A stretch of DNA of 64,000 nt from NCBI GenBank assembly GCA_040218735.1, contig JAVJQW010000017.1:352001-416000 (forward strand), written 5' to 3'. The stretch is from Deltaproteobacteria bacterium (lineage in GTDB: Bacteria; Myxococcota; Kuafuiibacteriia; Kuafuiibacteriales; Kuafuiibacteriaceae). The notes under the pieces are model-generated. The model searched no databases. It saw nothing but the letters and a program-made list of their open reading frames with translations, and was not told the DNA's origin. A program made the position numbers and the translations under genes. Shown piece after piece: positions 39,252 to 47,374 of the stretch. Position 1 is the first letter of the stretch; every line of letters starts with the position of its first letter.

Positions 39252-39289
39252 GACAGCTCGCGGCTGTCATCGTCTTTCCGCGGGCGGAG

Positions 39290-41551
39290 CTACTGCCGCC
39301 AGCTCCCGACGCGGTAACCCACCGTCAGCCCGAAGCCGGCGAGCTCTTCGTCGACGTCCGGCGTGCTCCCCAGGCCGTAGAACCCGCCTTCGACGCGCAG
39401 CTCGCCGTGCGCGCCGACCGCGTACCCGAGGCCGCCGAACGCTGCGAACGCCGGGGCGGTGTCGGACGGTGACGCGAAGCGGACACCTCCGCCGACGCCC
39501 GCGAACAAGCGCGCGGCGCCGAACACGTAGCTGAGCGCCGCGCGGCCGAGGATCGGGAAGGCGTGCACGTCTTCGCTACGCGAGGTCCACCCGGCGGAGG
39601 CCAACAGATCAAGGTCACCCGACTCCGCGAGGCGCCACCGGGCGCCGGCTTCGAGCCACACCAGCGGCGACGGCGCATCGGCGTGGCCGAGCGTCGCGCC
39701 GCCCGACGCGCCGATGAACAGGCCATCGCGTCGGGGGGGCGGCGGCGCGACCGCGACCACCCGCGGCGGCGGGATCGGGACCTCCATGCCGACCGGCCCG
39801 CGCGGCTCGACGATGCGGAGGATCGTCTCGCTGCGACGCGACGTCGGGAGCGAAACCTCCGCGCGATACACACCGCGCCCCTCCTCCACCAACGCGAGCG
39901 CCCCCTCGGGCGCGCCGCAGACACACGCCGCGAGCGTCGACGTCGCGCCCATCGGGACCCGCAGCGACGCCGTCGGCGCGGCGACCGGCGCCGCGACGAA
40001 GCGCAGGCCCTCCACCGGCGTCCCCGCGGAGGACACTTCGAGGCGAACGACGTGTCGCTCGACCTTACCGACTGGCTGCGCCTCGGCCTGCAAGCTGACC
40101 TGCATCGGCGCGACGTCGAACGTGTACTTTCCCGTCGCGACGTCGCCAGCCGTCGCGGTGATCGTGTAGTGGAGCACGTGCCGTCCCGGACGGATCAGCA
40201 CACGCTCGACCGCCACCGACGAAGTCTCGGCGCCGACCTTCAGCGCAGCGCCCTTCGGCGCCACGAGGCGCACCCGCCGCGGACCCGACTTCGCACCGTC
40301 TCCGCTCAACGCATCCGCCCGAGGTCGCTCGAGGACGACGACTCGACGCGCCACGGACGGAGCGCCACGAACCCCGCGATCGTCGATCCCGGCGAGCCGC
40401 ACGTAATAGATACCGCTCCGCTGGAACTTGGTCTTCTTCCGGTCGCCGGTCACTTCGTCGAGCTGCACCGGTCGCGCGGCGTCCGGATCCCCTTGCAAGC
40501 CAACTTGCACCTCGGCCCCGGTCACACCCGACGCGTTGGTCCACGCCAGCTCGACCTCGTCACCCGCGAAGACCTCCAAGGGCGTCACCGCCGACCACTC
40601 GGGCGGGAGCGGCAACGGCCTCGGTGGCTCGGGCGGGCGCCCCTCCTCCACGCGTGTGCCGTAGCCCTCCTTCACGAGGACCGTGCGGCCGCTGTTCGTC
40701 ACGCTGGAGCGCCCCGCGAACACGGACACCGTGCTCGCCCGCTTCTTCTTCTTGCGCCGACGCACGTCGATGCGCGCCTTCTTGGACTGCACGGCGTAGC
40801 GTCCGGCGCCCGTCTCGACCCCGAGCGTTCGACCCTCACGCTCCGCGAGCGAGGCGAAGATCGACCCTCGCTTCACCTCGACGTCCTTCACGCTGCGCCG
40901 CGACCGTTGGGTCTTGGTCGGCGAGCCGAAGATCACCACGAGCGCCTCGGGCCCGAGCGCGATGTGGTCCCTTCGCTCGAAGCGAATCTCACTCGACGAC
41001 TGTTTCAACGTCCGCACCTGCGCCAGCCGCCTCAGCGGCATGTCGACGCGTGCGTCGCGCCACACGGGCGCGGCCGCCTCCTTGGACAACACCTTGCGCT
41101 CGACCTTCGAGACACGCGCCACCGCGCCCTGCGGCGTCACCCACACCTCGACGCGCCGGTTCGTACGCCGCGCCTCGTCCGTGCTTCCGGACACCAGCGG
41201 GTCGGCGCTCCCCAGTCCCTCCGTCAGCAGCCGCGTGCGACGAATCCCCAACCGCACGAGGTGCTCCCGCACCGAGTCGGCGCGCCGCTTCGACAGGACG
41301 ACGTTGGTCGCTTCCGCGCCTCGGTCGTCGGCGTGCCCGACGAGCAGCACCGGATCGAGCTCGGGCCGCTGCCGCAGCAGCGCGGACAACCGCTGGAGTG
41401 TGTCGACCGACTCCGGCGTGAGCTCGGCCGAGCCCGACAAGAAACGCACCGTCCCGTCGGGGAGCGCGCGACGCCCCGCGAGCTGCGGCGCGGCGAACGC
41501 GGTCCCACCGACCGCGGCGACCAGCGCTACGCTCGCGATCCACCGCGTCAC
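39290..41551 (-). CDS. Secreted OmpA-like (PG-binding) + FecR + Ig-like + C-terminal beta-barrel-like protein
   Basis: VGHADDRG...NVVLSKRRADSV...NRRVEV; FecR-like VRTLKQSSSEIRF...VSVFAGRSSV...V.VKEGYGT; alternating C-terminal strands ending GLTVGYR. Confidence 0.8.
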   Translation of the reverse strand: MTRWIASVALVAAVGGTAFAAPQLAGRRALPDGTVRFLSGSAELTPESVDTLQRLSALLRQRPELDPVLLVGHADDRGAEATNVVLSKRRADSVREHLVRLGIRRTRLLTEGLGSADPLVSGSTDEARRTNRRVEVWVTPQGAVARVSKVERKVLSKEAAAPVWRDARVDMPLRRLAQVRTLKQSSSEIRFERRDHIALGPEALVVIFGSPTKTQRSRRSVKDVEVKRGSIFASLAEREGRTLGVETGAGRYAVQSKKARIDVRRRKKKKRASTVSVFAGRSSVTNSGRTVLVKEGYGTRVEEGRPPEPPRPLPLPPEWSAVTPLEVFAGDEVELAWTNASGVTGAEVQVGLQGDPDAARPVQLDEVTGDRKKTKFQRSGIYYVRLAGIDDRGVRGAPSVARRVVVLERPRADALSGDGAKSGPRRVRLVAPKGAALKVGAETSSVAVERVLIRPGRHVLHYTITATAGDVATGKYTFDVAPMQVSLQAEAQPVGKVERHVVRLEVSSAGTPVEGLRFVAAPVAAPTASLRVPMGATSTLAACVCGAPEGALALVEEGRGVYRAEVSLPTSRRSETILRIVEPRGPVGMEVPIPPPRVVAVAPPPPRRDGLFIGASGGATLGHADAPSPLVWLEAGARWRLAESGDLDLLASAGWTSRSEDVHAFPILGRAALSYVFGAARLFAGVGGGVRFASPSDTAPAFAAFGGLGYAVGAHGELRVEGGFYGLGSTPDVDEELAGFGLTVGYRVGSWRQ

Positions 41552-41792
41552 GGCCCCCAAAAGAGCAGGATCCGAGGATCGGGACAACGCGGCCGGCCCA
41601 ATCGGTGCGCAACCCGGTATCGAAGGGCACGCCGCCTTCATAAAAGGCGCGGCGGATCCCAACTCAGTCCCCGTCGATGCCCCCGTGACGTCCTTCGACC
41701 GCATACCGCTCTCGTGGCCGCGATCACGGGTTTCGCGGCCTCCTGGCCCCGCGTTGTCTCCTATCCGTGAACGTGCAATCTCGGGGGCCACG

Positions 41793-42593
41793 GTGAACCG
41801 CGCGGCGCAGCACGTGTTGCCCTGGGCCCTCGCGCTGCTCGTCTGCTCGAGCGGCTGCGTCGCGGTCTACCAGCCGCTGTCCGGGATGCACGACCCGGTC
41901 GTCGTCGACCCGACGCTCGGCAACCTCCACGACGTCCGGATCCTCGTCCACTGCGTTCCCCAGGAGATCCTCGACGGCGAGGCCGGCCTCCTGTGCCAGC
42001 GCATCAAGACGCTGTTCGAGAACCAGGGCGCCGAAGTCCGCACCGTCACCTCCATCGGACGTAGCGCCGAAGACGAGACGTTCGAAGCCCCCGTCGAGCT
42101 CGAGCCCGCGAAGCCGGAGCCGGCCGAGCCCGGGAGCGCGGCCAAGACGGAGGGCGCCAAGGAGGAGAAGGCGCCGCCGCCGCGCATACGCCCGCACCTG
42201 ATCGTCGAGCTCCGCGCCCGCCACCTCCACGAACACGTCGACTACCCGATGTGGACCCTCAGCTGGTTCACCGGGACGCTCGCCCCCGGGATCTCCGAGA
42301 ACACCTTCGTCCAGGAGGTCGTCATCCGCGGCCCGCGCGGATCGCTGCTCGGCCAGGGTGAGCTCAAGGGGCGCATCGTCCGCTACTTCGGCCTGGGCTA
42401 CTGGGCGGTGAACGGCCTCCTCGACCTCCTCTTCCGCGACGACGACGACGAGCTCTCCGACGCGAACCTCTCGGAGCAGCTGAGCACCGATCTCTACGGG
42501 CAGCTCAGCCAGATGGTCTTCAACGCCAACATGCGCCGGCGGGTCCTCGATCCCGAGCCGTCTCCCACGAAGAAGAAGGATGACGCCTCGTGA
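41793..42593 (+). CDS. Lipoprotein, gene 1 of the motor operon
   Basis: GTG at 41793; lipobox LVCSSGC; alpha/beta domain with hydrophobic hairpins. Confidence 0.75.
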   Translation: MNRAAQHVLPWALALLVCSSGCVAVYQPLSGMHDPVVVDPTLGNLHDVRILVHCVPQEILDGEAGLLCQRIKTLFENQGAEVRTVTSIGRSAEDETFEAPVELEPAKPEPAEPGSAAKTEGAKEEKAPPPRIRPHLIVELRARHLHEHVDYPMWTLSWFTGTLAPGISENTFVQEVVIRGPRGSLLGQGELKGRIVRYFGLGYWAVNGLLDLLFRDDDDELSDANLSEQLSTDLYGQLSQMVFNANMRRRVLDPEPSPTKKKDDAS

Positions 42594-43228
42594 TCATCTT
42601 CTTCTTCCTCGGGCTCCTCACGTTGCCGTCGATGATCACGCTGTGGAACGACCCAGCGCCGGGGCTCATCACGAGCTACGAATCGTCGCGGCGCTACAAC
42701 TGCGAACGCGCCACGTTGGAATCCGCCCGCCGCGCGTACCCGGGGCTCCTCGAAGATCAGTACCCGCGCGGTGACTTCATCGAGCGTTCGGCGGTCCTGT
42801 GTACCGAACCCATCGTCGGCGTGGATGTCCGCCACAAACGCGACGCCGCCATCCTCGGCGGGCTCACGCCGACCGTACGGAGCGTCGCTTCGCGGATCGC
42901 GGCCGAGCAGCCCGAGAAGACGTGGCTCGTCGAGGTGCACTACCCGAACGCCGCGGTCGTCGCGAAGGTCGCGTTCGCCGCGAAGGCCGCGCTCGTCGAG
43001 TCTGGCGTCCCCGTCACGGATCGCCTGCCGACGCTCGCGACGGGCGACGTCGACGTCCTCTCGCGCACCCCCGCCTTGAAAGCGCACGCGCTCGCGTGTC
43101 GGCGTTACTTCGCGACCGGCCGCCTCGAAGGCGACGACGCCGTCCTGAGCCTCCTCGTCCTCGACAGCCGCGAGACCGCGCTGCACGCGGGGATCTGCAT
43201 CAACGGAGCGTGGACGTGGCTGCAGTGA
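42590..43228 (+). CDS. N-terminally anchored periplasmic protein, gene 2
   Basis: Hydrophobic N-terminus, four Cys, GTGA overlaps at both ends. Confidence 0.72.
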   Translation: MIIFFFLGLLTLPSMITLWNDPAPGLITSYESSRRYNCERATLESARRAYPGLLEDQYPRGDFIERSAVLCTEPIVGVDVRHKRDAAILGGLTPTVRSVASRIAAEQPEKTWLVEVHYPNAAVVAKVAFAAKAALVESGVPVTDRLPTLATGDVDVLSRTPALKAHALACRRYFATGRLEGDDAVLSLLVLDSRETALHAGICINGAWTWLQ

Positions 43229-44397
43229 GGCTCACCGCGCTCGTGATGGCGCTGCTGGTCCCCGGGGTCGCCGTCGCCGACGAGGTCGACGACGCGACGC
43301 TCGCCAAGTTGGACGAGCTCCGCAGAGCCAAGGCCAATGAGATCCAACTCAGCGCCTACAACCTGGTCGACGAGCTGGTGTACGGCTGGACGAAGACCCC
43401 AGTGTTCCAGCAGGAGACCGACGTCGTCCTTGCGGGCGTGACGGTCCCGGTGGGTTTGGGCACGGCGCTGTCGAGCCTCGTCGAAAATCATATCAACGAC
43501 GTACTCATCAAGAACCCATCCACGCGGATGACGTTGACCCACTGCCCGGCCTGCACCGCGATGATCGTGCACTCCGGGCGCGACGGTACGGTGATATCGC
43601 GCGGGGTCGACAACCCCGAAGCCTTCGACCGCCTACGGCGCGACACCAGCACGAAGTACGCGCTGTTCGTCGACATCGAAGCGGAGGGCACCTCGCTCGT
43701 CCTGCGCGCGCGCATCACCAAACTCGACACGAGCCTCTCCATCGTCTGGGCCCGAACGATCGCGAGCGCGAGTGACACCCGCTCGATGCTCCGCGAGGCC
43801 GACGACATCAAGTCGGTCGAGGAGGCTCGGCAAGAGCTCATGGCCGCGGTCGAGGACCGCTGGCCGCTCGTCGTCCCGGCGCGCATCTCCGTACGGTTCT
43901 TCTCCGACGGCGGCAGCACCGGCGTGAACCCACCGCCCTTCGTGTGGATCCAGTCCGGCGTGGAGCTCGCGCTCAGTCAGGAGCGCGCTTGGACCGCGAG
44001 TTTCCTCCTCGGCTACGGCTGGGTCCCGAGCTCCTACGACGGGTTCATGGCGCAAGTGCGCATCCACCGCCTCCTCACGGGTGAGTCGCGTTCGTACGTG
44101 CGGCCCGACGCCTACGCATTCCTCGGTGCATCGCTGTTCGCCGTGCAGGGGCCCTCGGCGCTGATCTTCCAGCGCGACCAACTCACGACCGAAGACATCC
44201 TCGCGATCGCGCAGGGCAACGACCAACCCATCCAGATCGTCAGCACCGTTCACGCCGGTCTCGAGCTGAGGATCGGCAACCGCATGGGCCTCAACGTTTT
44301 TGCCGAGCTGCTCCCGGCCCACATCGGCTCCAACAACCTCGGGCTCTTCCTGGATCTCTTCCACTCCTTGGGCACGGAGGTGAGCGTTTGGTTCTGA
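43225..44397 (+). CDS. Exported protein: alpha/beta domain + predicted beta-barrel, gene 3
   Basis: Signal peptide ending AVA; CPAC; amphipathic strands; C-terminus GTEVSVWF (beta-signal-like). Confidence 0.75.
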   Translation: MRLTALVMALLVPGVAVADEVDDATLAKLDELRRAKANEIQLSAYNLVDELVYGWTKTPVFQQETDVVLAGVTVPVGLGTALSSLVENHINDVLIKNPSTRMTLTHCPACTAMIVHSGRDGTVISRGVDNPEAFDRLRRDTSTKYALFVDIEAEGTSLVLRARITKLDTSLSIVWARTIASASDTRSMLREADDIKSVEEARQELMAAVEDRWPLVVPARISVRFFSDGGSTGVNPPPFVWIQSGVELALSQERAWTASFLLGYGWVPSSYDGFMAQVRIHRLLTGESRSYVRPDAYAFLGASLFAVQGPSALIFQRDQLTTEDILAIAQGNDQPIQIVSTVHAGLELRIGNRMGLNVFAELLPAHIGSNNLGLFLDLFHSLGTEVSVWF

Positions 44398-45383
44398 AGC
44401 GACACCTCGCGCTGACCGCCGCGCTCGTCGTCGGGTCGACCAGCCCGGCGTACGCCGATCGTTCCACGACACAGGACGCCCTCGACCGCATGGTGGAGGT
44501 GCTCCAGCTCCGTATCGACGACGGCACGTTGCGGAAGCCGGAGATGACGCCCGCGCTCGTGGTGCGGACGGAGACCCGGTACGAGGAGTCGAAGGATTGG
44601 TTCCCGAACGAAGCGCTCAATCGGTTGATCGAGGTCCTCGGCGCGAAGGACCTCCGGCTCTGCGAGGCGTGTATGACGCCGCGGGTGTTCACGGGTGACG
44701 GGCGCCTCGAGCACAGCTCCGGGCCGATCACTTTGGAGGAGATCGTTCGCCTCGACACGATGGCGCGCGGCGACGCCGAGGCCGCCAAGACCGCGATCTG
44801 GGTCGACGAGCAGGCGACCGGGGTGTCGGTCAAGATCGTCGAGCTCGCGACTGCGCGGGTGCTCTTCGCGCAGAACATCGACCCGATGCTGCGAGAGCAG
44901 GAGAACACCGAGGGCCTCATGCGCCTCAGCGCCGAGCTGGAGCGGCGTGCCCGCGGCGACAGCCTCACGCACGCCTTCGTGGATCTCGCGCTGCTTCCGA
45001 GCCAACACATCTCGTTCGACTGGACGGACCAGTGGGGCGAGGAGAACAAGAACTTCACGGGCATCACGATCTCCGCGTTCGATCCGGTCTTCGGCGTCGG
45101 CGTCGCGTACTACCGGGTGTTCGGCGTCTTCCACATCGCCGACATCCCCTTCGCTCCGCAGTTCGGCGGGAAGGTCGTGGTGAGTCTACCGACGGCCATC
45201 GTGAACGCCGTCGCGCCCGACGACGCGGGGGACCTCATCGACCCGATCCTCACGGGGGTCGGTGTCATACGCGTGCCTTTCGGCACGTCCAACTATGCGC
45301 TGGTCGCGACGCTCTCCACGAACGCGCGTTTTGCGATCGGCATCTCACTGCTGAACATCAGCTTCCTCCCGGTGATCCCATGA
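44388..45383 (+). CDS. Exported protein: alpha/beta (CsgG/FlgO-like) domain + beta-rich C-terminus, gene 4
   Basis: Signal peptide ending AYA; CEAC; KIVELATARVLFA motif; amphipathic strands. Confidence 0.75.
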   Translation: MVLKRHLALTAALVVGSTSPAYADRSTTQDALDRMVEVLQLRIDDGTLRKPEMTPALVVRTETRYEESKDWFPNEALNRLIEVLGAKDLRLCEACMTPRVFTGDGRLEHSSGPITLEEIVRLDTMARGDAEAAKTAIWVDEQATGVSVKIVELATARVLFAQNIDPMLREQENTEGLMRLSAELERRARGDSLTHAFVDLALLPSQHISFDWTDQWGEENKNFTGITISAFDPVFGVGVAYYRVFGVFHIADIPFAPQFGGKVVVSLPTAIVNAVAPDDAGDLIDPILTGVGVIRVPFGTSNYALVATLSTNARFAIGISLLNISFLPVIP

Positions 45384-46012
45384 AAAGAACCGTACTCATC
45401 GTCGTCGGTCTCATGAGCTCCGCGTGCGCAGCGCGAAGTTATACCCACTACCTCGTAGCGCCCGCGCCCAAGAAGGCGCCGCCGATGGAGGAGGAAGGCA
45501 CCCTCGTACGTCCGCTCGCGTACGGCTCGACGACGGTGATGAAGGTGCGGTGGAACGACGGCAACACGATGACGGAGGTGCACGTCCCTCTTCTCGCGAG
45601 CGGACAGCGCATCGTCATCGAACACGAGAAGAAGCCCGAGGGCGTCGACACCATCCCTTCCACACGCCTCGTACCGCCGCGCCCGACGCCGGCGGACGAC
45701 TCACTCGTCGAGGCGTACCGCGAACGCGGCCTCGCGATCGACGAGGAGGCCCCGGAGGTCTCGATCTCCCGCGCACGCACCGCGATGAACGACGCCATCG
45801 CCCAGGGCAGCTATGCGATCGCGCTGGAGTGGGCCGAGATGGTCCTCGCTCGCTACAAGTCACATCCGGAGTTCCTTCGCGCGAAGGCATCCATCCTCTT
45901 GCTGATGGGTGAACGCGACAAGGCGATTCAAATCTACGAGAAGGCCGAGGAGATCGAGAGTGATCCCGCGGTCCGCAAGAAGTTGGAAGAGCTGCAGAAG
46001 CAGACGCAATAG
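45380..46012 (+). CDS. TPR lipoprotein, gene 5
   Basis: Lipobox MSSAC; TPR FLRAKASILLLMGERDKAIQIYEKAEEI. Confidence 0.82.
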   Translation: MKRTVLIVVGLMSSACAARSYTHYLVAPAPKKAPPMEEEGTLVRPLAYGSTTVMKVRWNDGNTMTEVHVPLLASGQRIVIEHEKKPEGVDTIPSTRLVPPRPTPADDSLVEAYRERGLAIDEEAPEVSISRARTAMNDAIAQGSYAIALEWAEMVLARYKSHPEFLRAKASILLLMGERDKAIQIYEKAEEIESDPAVRKKLEELQKQTQ

Positions 46013-46024
46013 GAAAACGATCGA

Positions 46025-46744
46025 ATGCAACTCATTGGCCTGTCCCTCGTTGGTTTCGTCGTCTGGTACGGCTTCGCCGATCGCGACATGACGCGCATCT
46101 CCCCCTTCGATGCGCACGCGCTCGTGATGGTGTTGGTGGGCTCGCTCGCCGCCGTCCTGACTTCGTCCTCGCGCCTGACTACGGTGCGAACGTTCCTCTT
46201 CCTCCGGGAGCTCGTCCCCGGCCTCGCGCGGTTCTCGCCGGACACCGACTCACTCGAGGCGGAGCGCAAACAGGTCGGCGCGCTGTGGCGTGAAGGCAAC
46301 CGCGCTCAGGCCGTCGCCCTCGCGGAGCGAAGCAACTTCCCGGCAATCAAACGCATGCTCGAGCTCCTCCTGGGACGTGCACCGCGTGCCGCGACGGAGA
46401 CCGCGTTCACGGAGCTGAAACACGCCGAGCTGGGGAGCTGGCAGCCCGCGGTGTCGAACTGGGAGATGCTGGCGAAGCTCGGGCCGTCGTTCGGGATGGT
46501 CGGAACCATCACCGGCATGATCCAGCTGTTCCGCAACATGGGCGCCGACAACCTCAACATCGGCGCAGCGATGTCGCTCGCGTTGCTCGCCACGCTGTAC
46601 GGCGTCGCGTTCGGCGCAGGCATCGCAGGCCCCATCGGACACTACCTGCGCACCCTGTTGGACGAGCGCCTCGGCGCCATCGAACGCTGTGAGCAGAGTG
46701 TGTACGAGCTCGTCGCGCTCTCCGTGGGCGAGGCACGGAGGTAG
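46025..46744 (+). CDS. motA: MotA-family stator subunit
   Basis: Four hydrophobic segments; ALVMVLVGSLAA, GPSFGMVGTITGMIQ and AMSLALLATLYGVA...P motifs; flagellar MotA-like length. Confidence 0.88.
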   Translation: MQLIGLSLVGFVVWYGFADRDMTRISPFDAHALVMVLVGSLAAVLTSSSRLTTVRTFLFLRELVPGLARFSPDTDSLEAERKQVGALWREGNRAQAVALAERSNFPAIKRMLELLLGRAPRAATETAFTELKHAELGSWQPAVSNWEMLAKLGPSFGMVGTITGMIQLFRNMGADNLNIGAAMSLALLATLYGVAFGAGIAGPIGHYLRTLLDERLGAIERCEQSVYELVALSVGEARR

Positions 46745-46747
46745 GTC

Positions 46748-47374
46748 GTGCAGCGGAGGGTCTTCGGAAGTGAGGAGGGGTGGCTACTCTCGTACGCCGA
46801 CCTCATCACGAACTTACTCATCTTCTTCGTGATGCTGCTCGCCGCCGCGAACATCAGCCGCACGAAGATGCAGCAGATCTCTCAGAGCCTCTCGGGGATC
46901 GAGAGCAAGCAGAGCCTCTCTTCGATCAAGCAGGAGATCGACGAGCGCATCCACAAAGAGGGGATGGAAGGTCTGGTTCAAACGAAACTCACCGACGACG
47001 GCCTGGAGCTGTCGCTGAACTCGGGGTTGGTGTTCGACTCCGGGCGCGCCGACATCCGAGCGGAGATGACGACGGCGCTCGGCGGCATGCTGAACACGCT
47101 CGTCCCGTACAGTGAGAAGTACGCGTTCGCGGTCGAAGGCCACACCGACTCCAAACCCATCATCAACGGCACGCTGTTCAAGTCGAACTGGGAGTTGTCG
47201 ACGGAGCGCGCCAACGCGGTGCGCGGGAAGCTCGAGGACGTGGGCGTGGACCGCACGCGGATTCGCGTCGAAGGTTACGCGGACACACGACCCCTGCCGG
47301 CGAAGGAGCTGGAAGGCCTCGACGAAGAGGAGCGACTCGCGCGCCACAGGCGTGTGATCGTGCGGGTGTACTGA
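46748..47374 (+). CDS. motB: MotB-family stator subunit (TM Asp + OmpA-like PG-binding domain)
   Basis: WLLSYADLITNLLIFFVML; EGHTD, SNWELSTERANAV, GYADTRP and RRVIV motifs. Confidence 0.93.
   Translation: MQRRVFGSEEGWLLSYADLITNLLIFFVMLLAAANISRTKMQQISQSLSGIESKQSLSSIKQEIDERIHKEGMEGLVQTKLTDDGLELSLNSGLVFDSGRADIRAEMTTALGGMLNTLVPYSEKYAFAVEGHTDSKPIINGTLFKSNWELSTERANAVRGKLEDVGVDRTRIRVEGYADTRPLPAKELEGLDEEERLARHRRVIVRVY

Noticed and set aside
41592-41610. Sigma-54 promoter (GG-N10-GC) upstream of the motor operon
   Set aside because: CGGCCC...GTGC is a poor match to TGGCAC...TTGC and is expected by chance at this GC content
46025-47374. Zorya anti-phage system (ZorAB)
   Set aside because: The MotA is 239 aa with no long cytoplasmic tail, and no ZorC/D/E helicase or nuclease genes are nearby
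46025-47374. TolQR/ExbBD/AglRQS motor
   Set aside because: The B subunit has the MotB WxxxYAD motif and an OmpA-like domain, not the ExbD/TolR N(I/L)xP(L/M)xD motif
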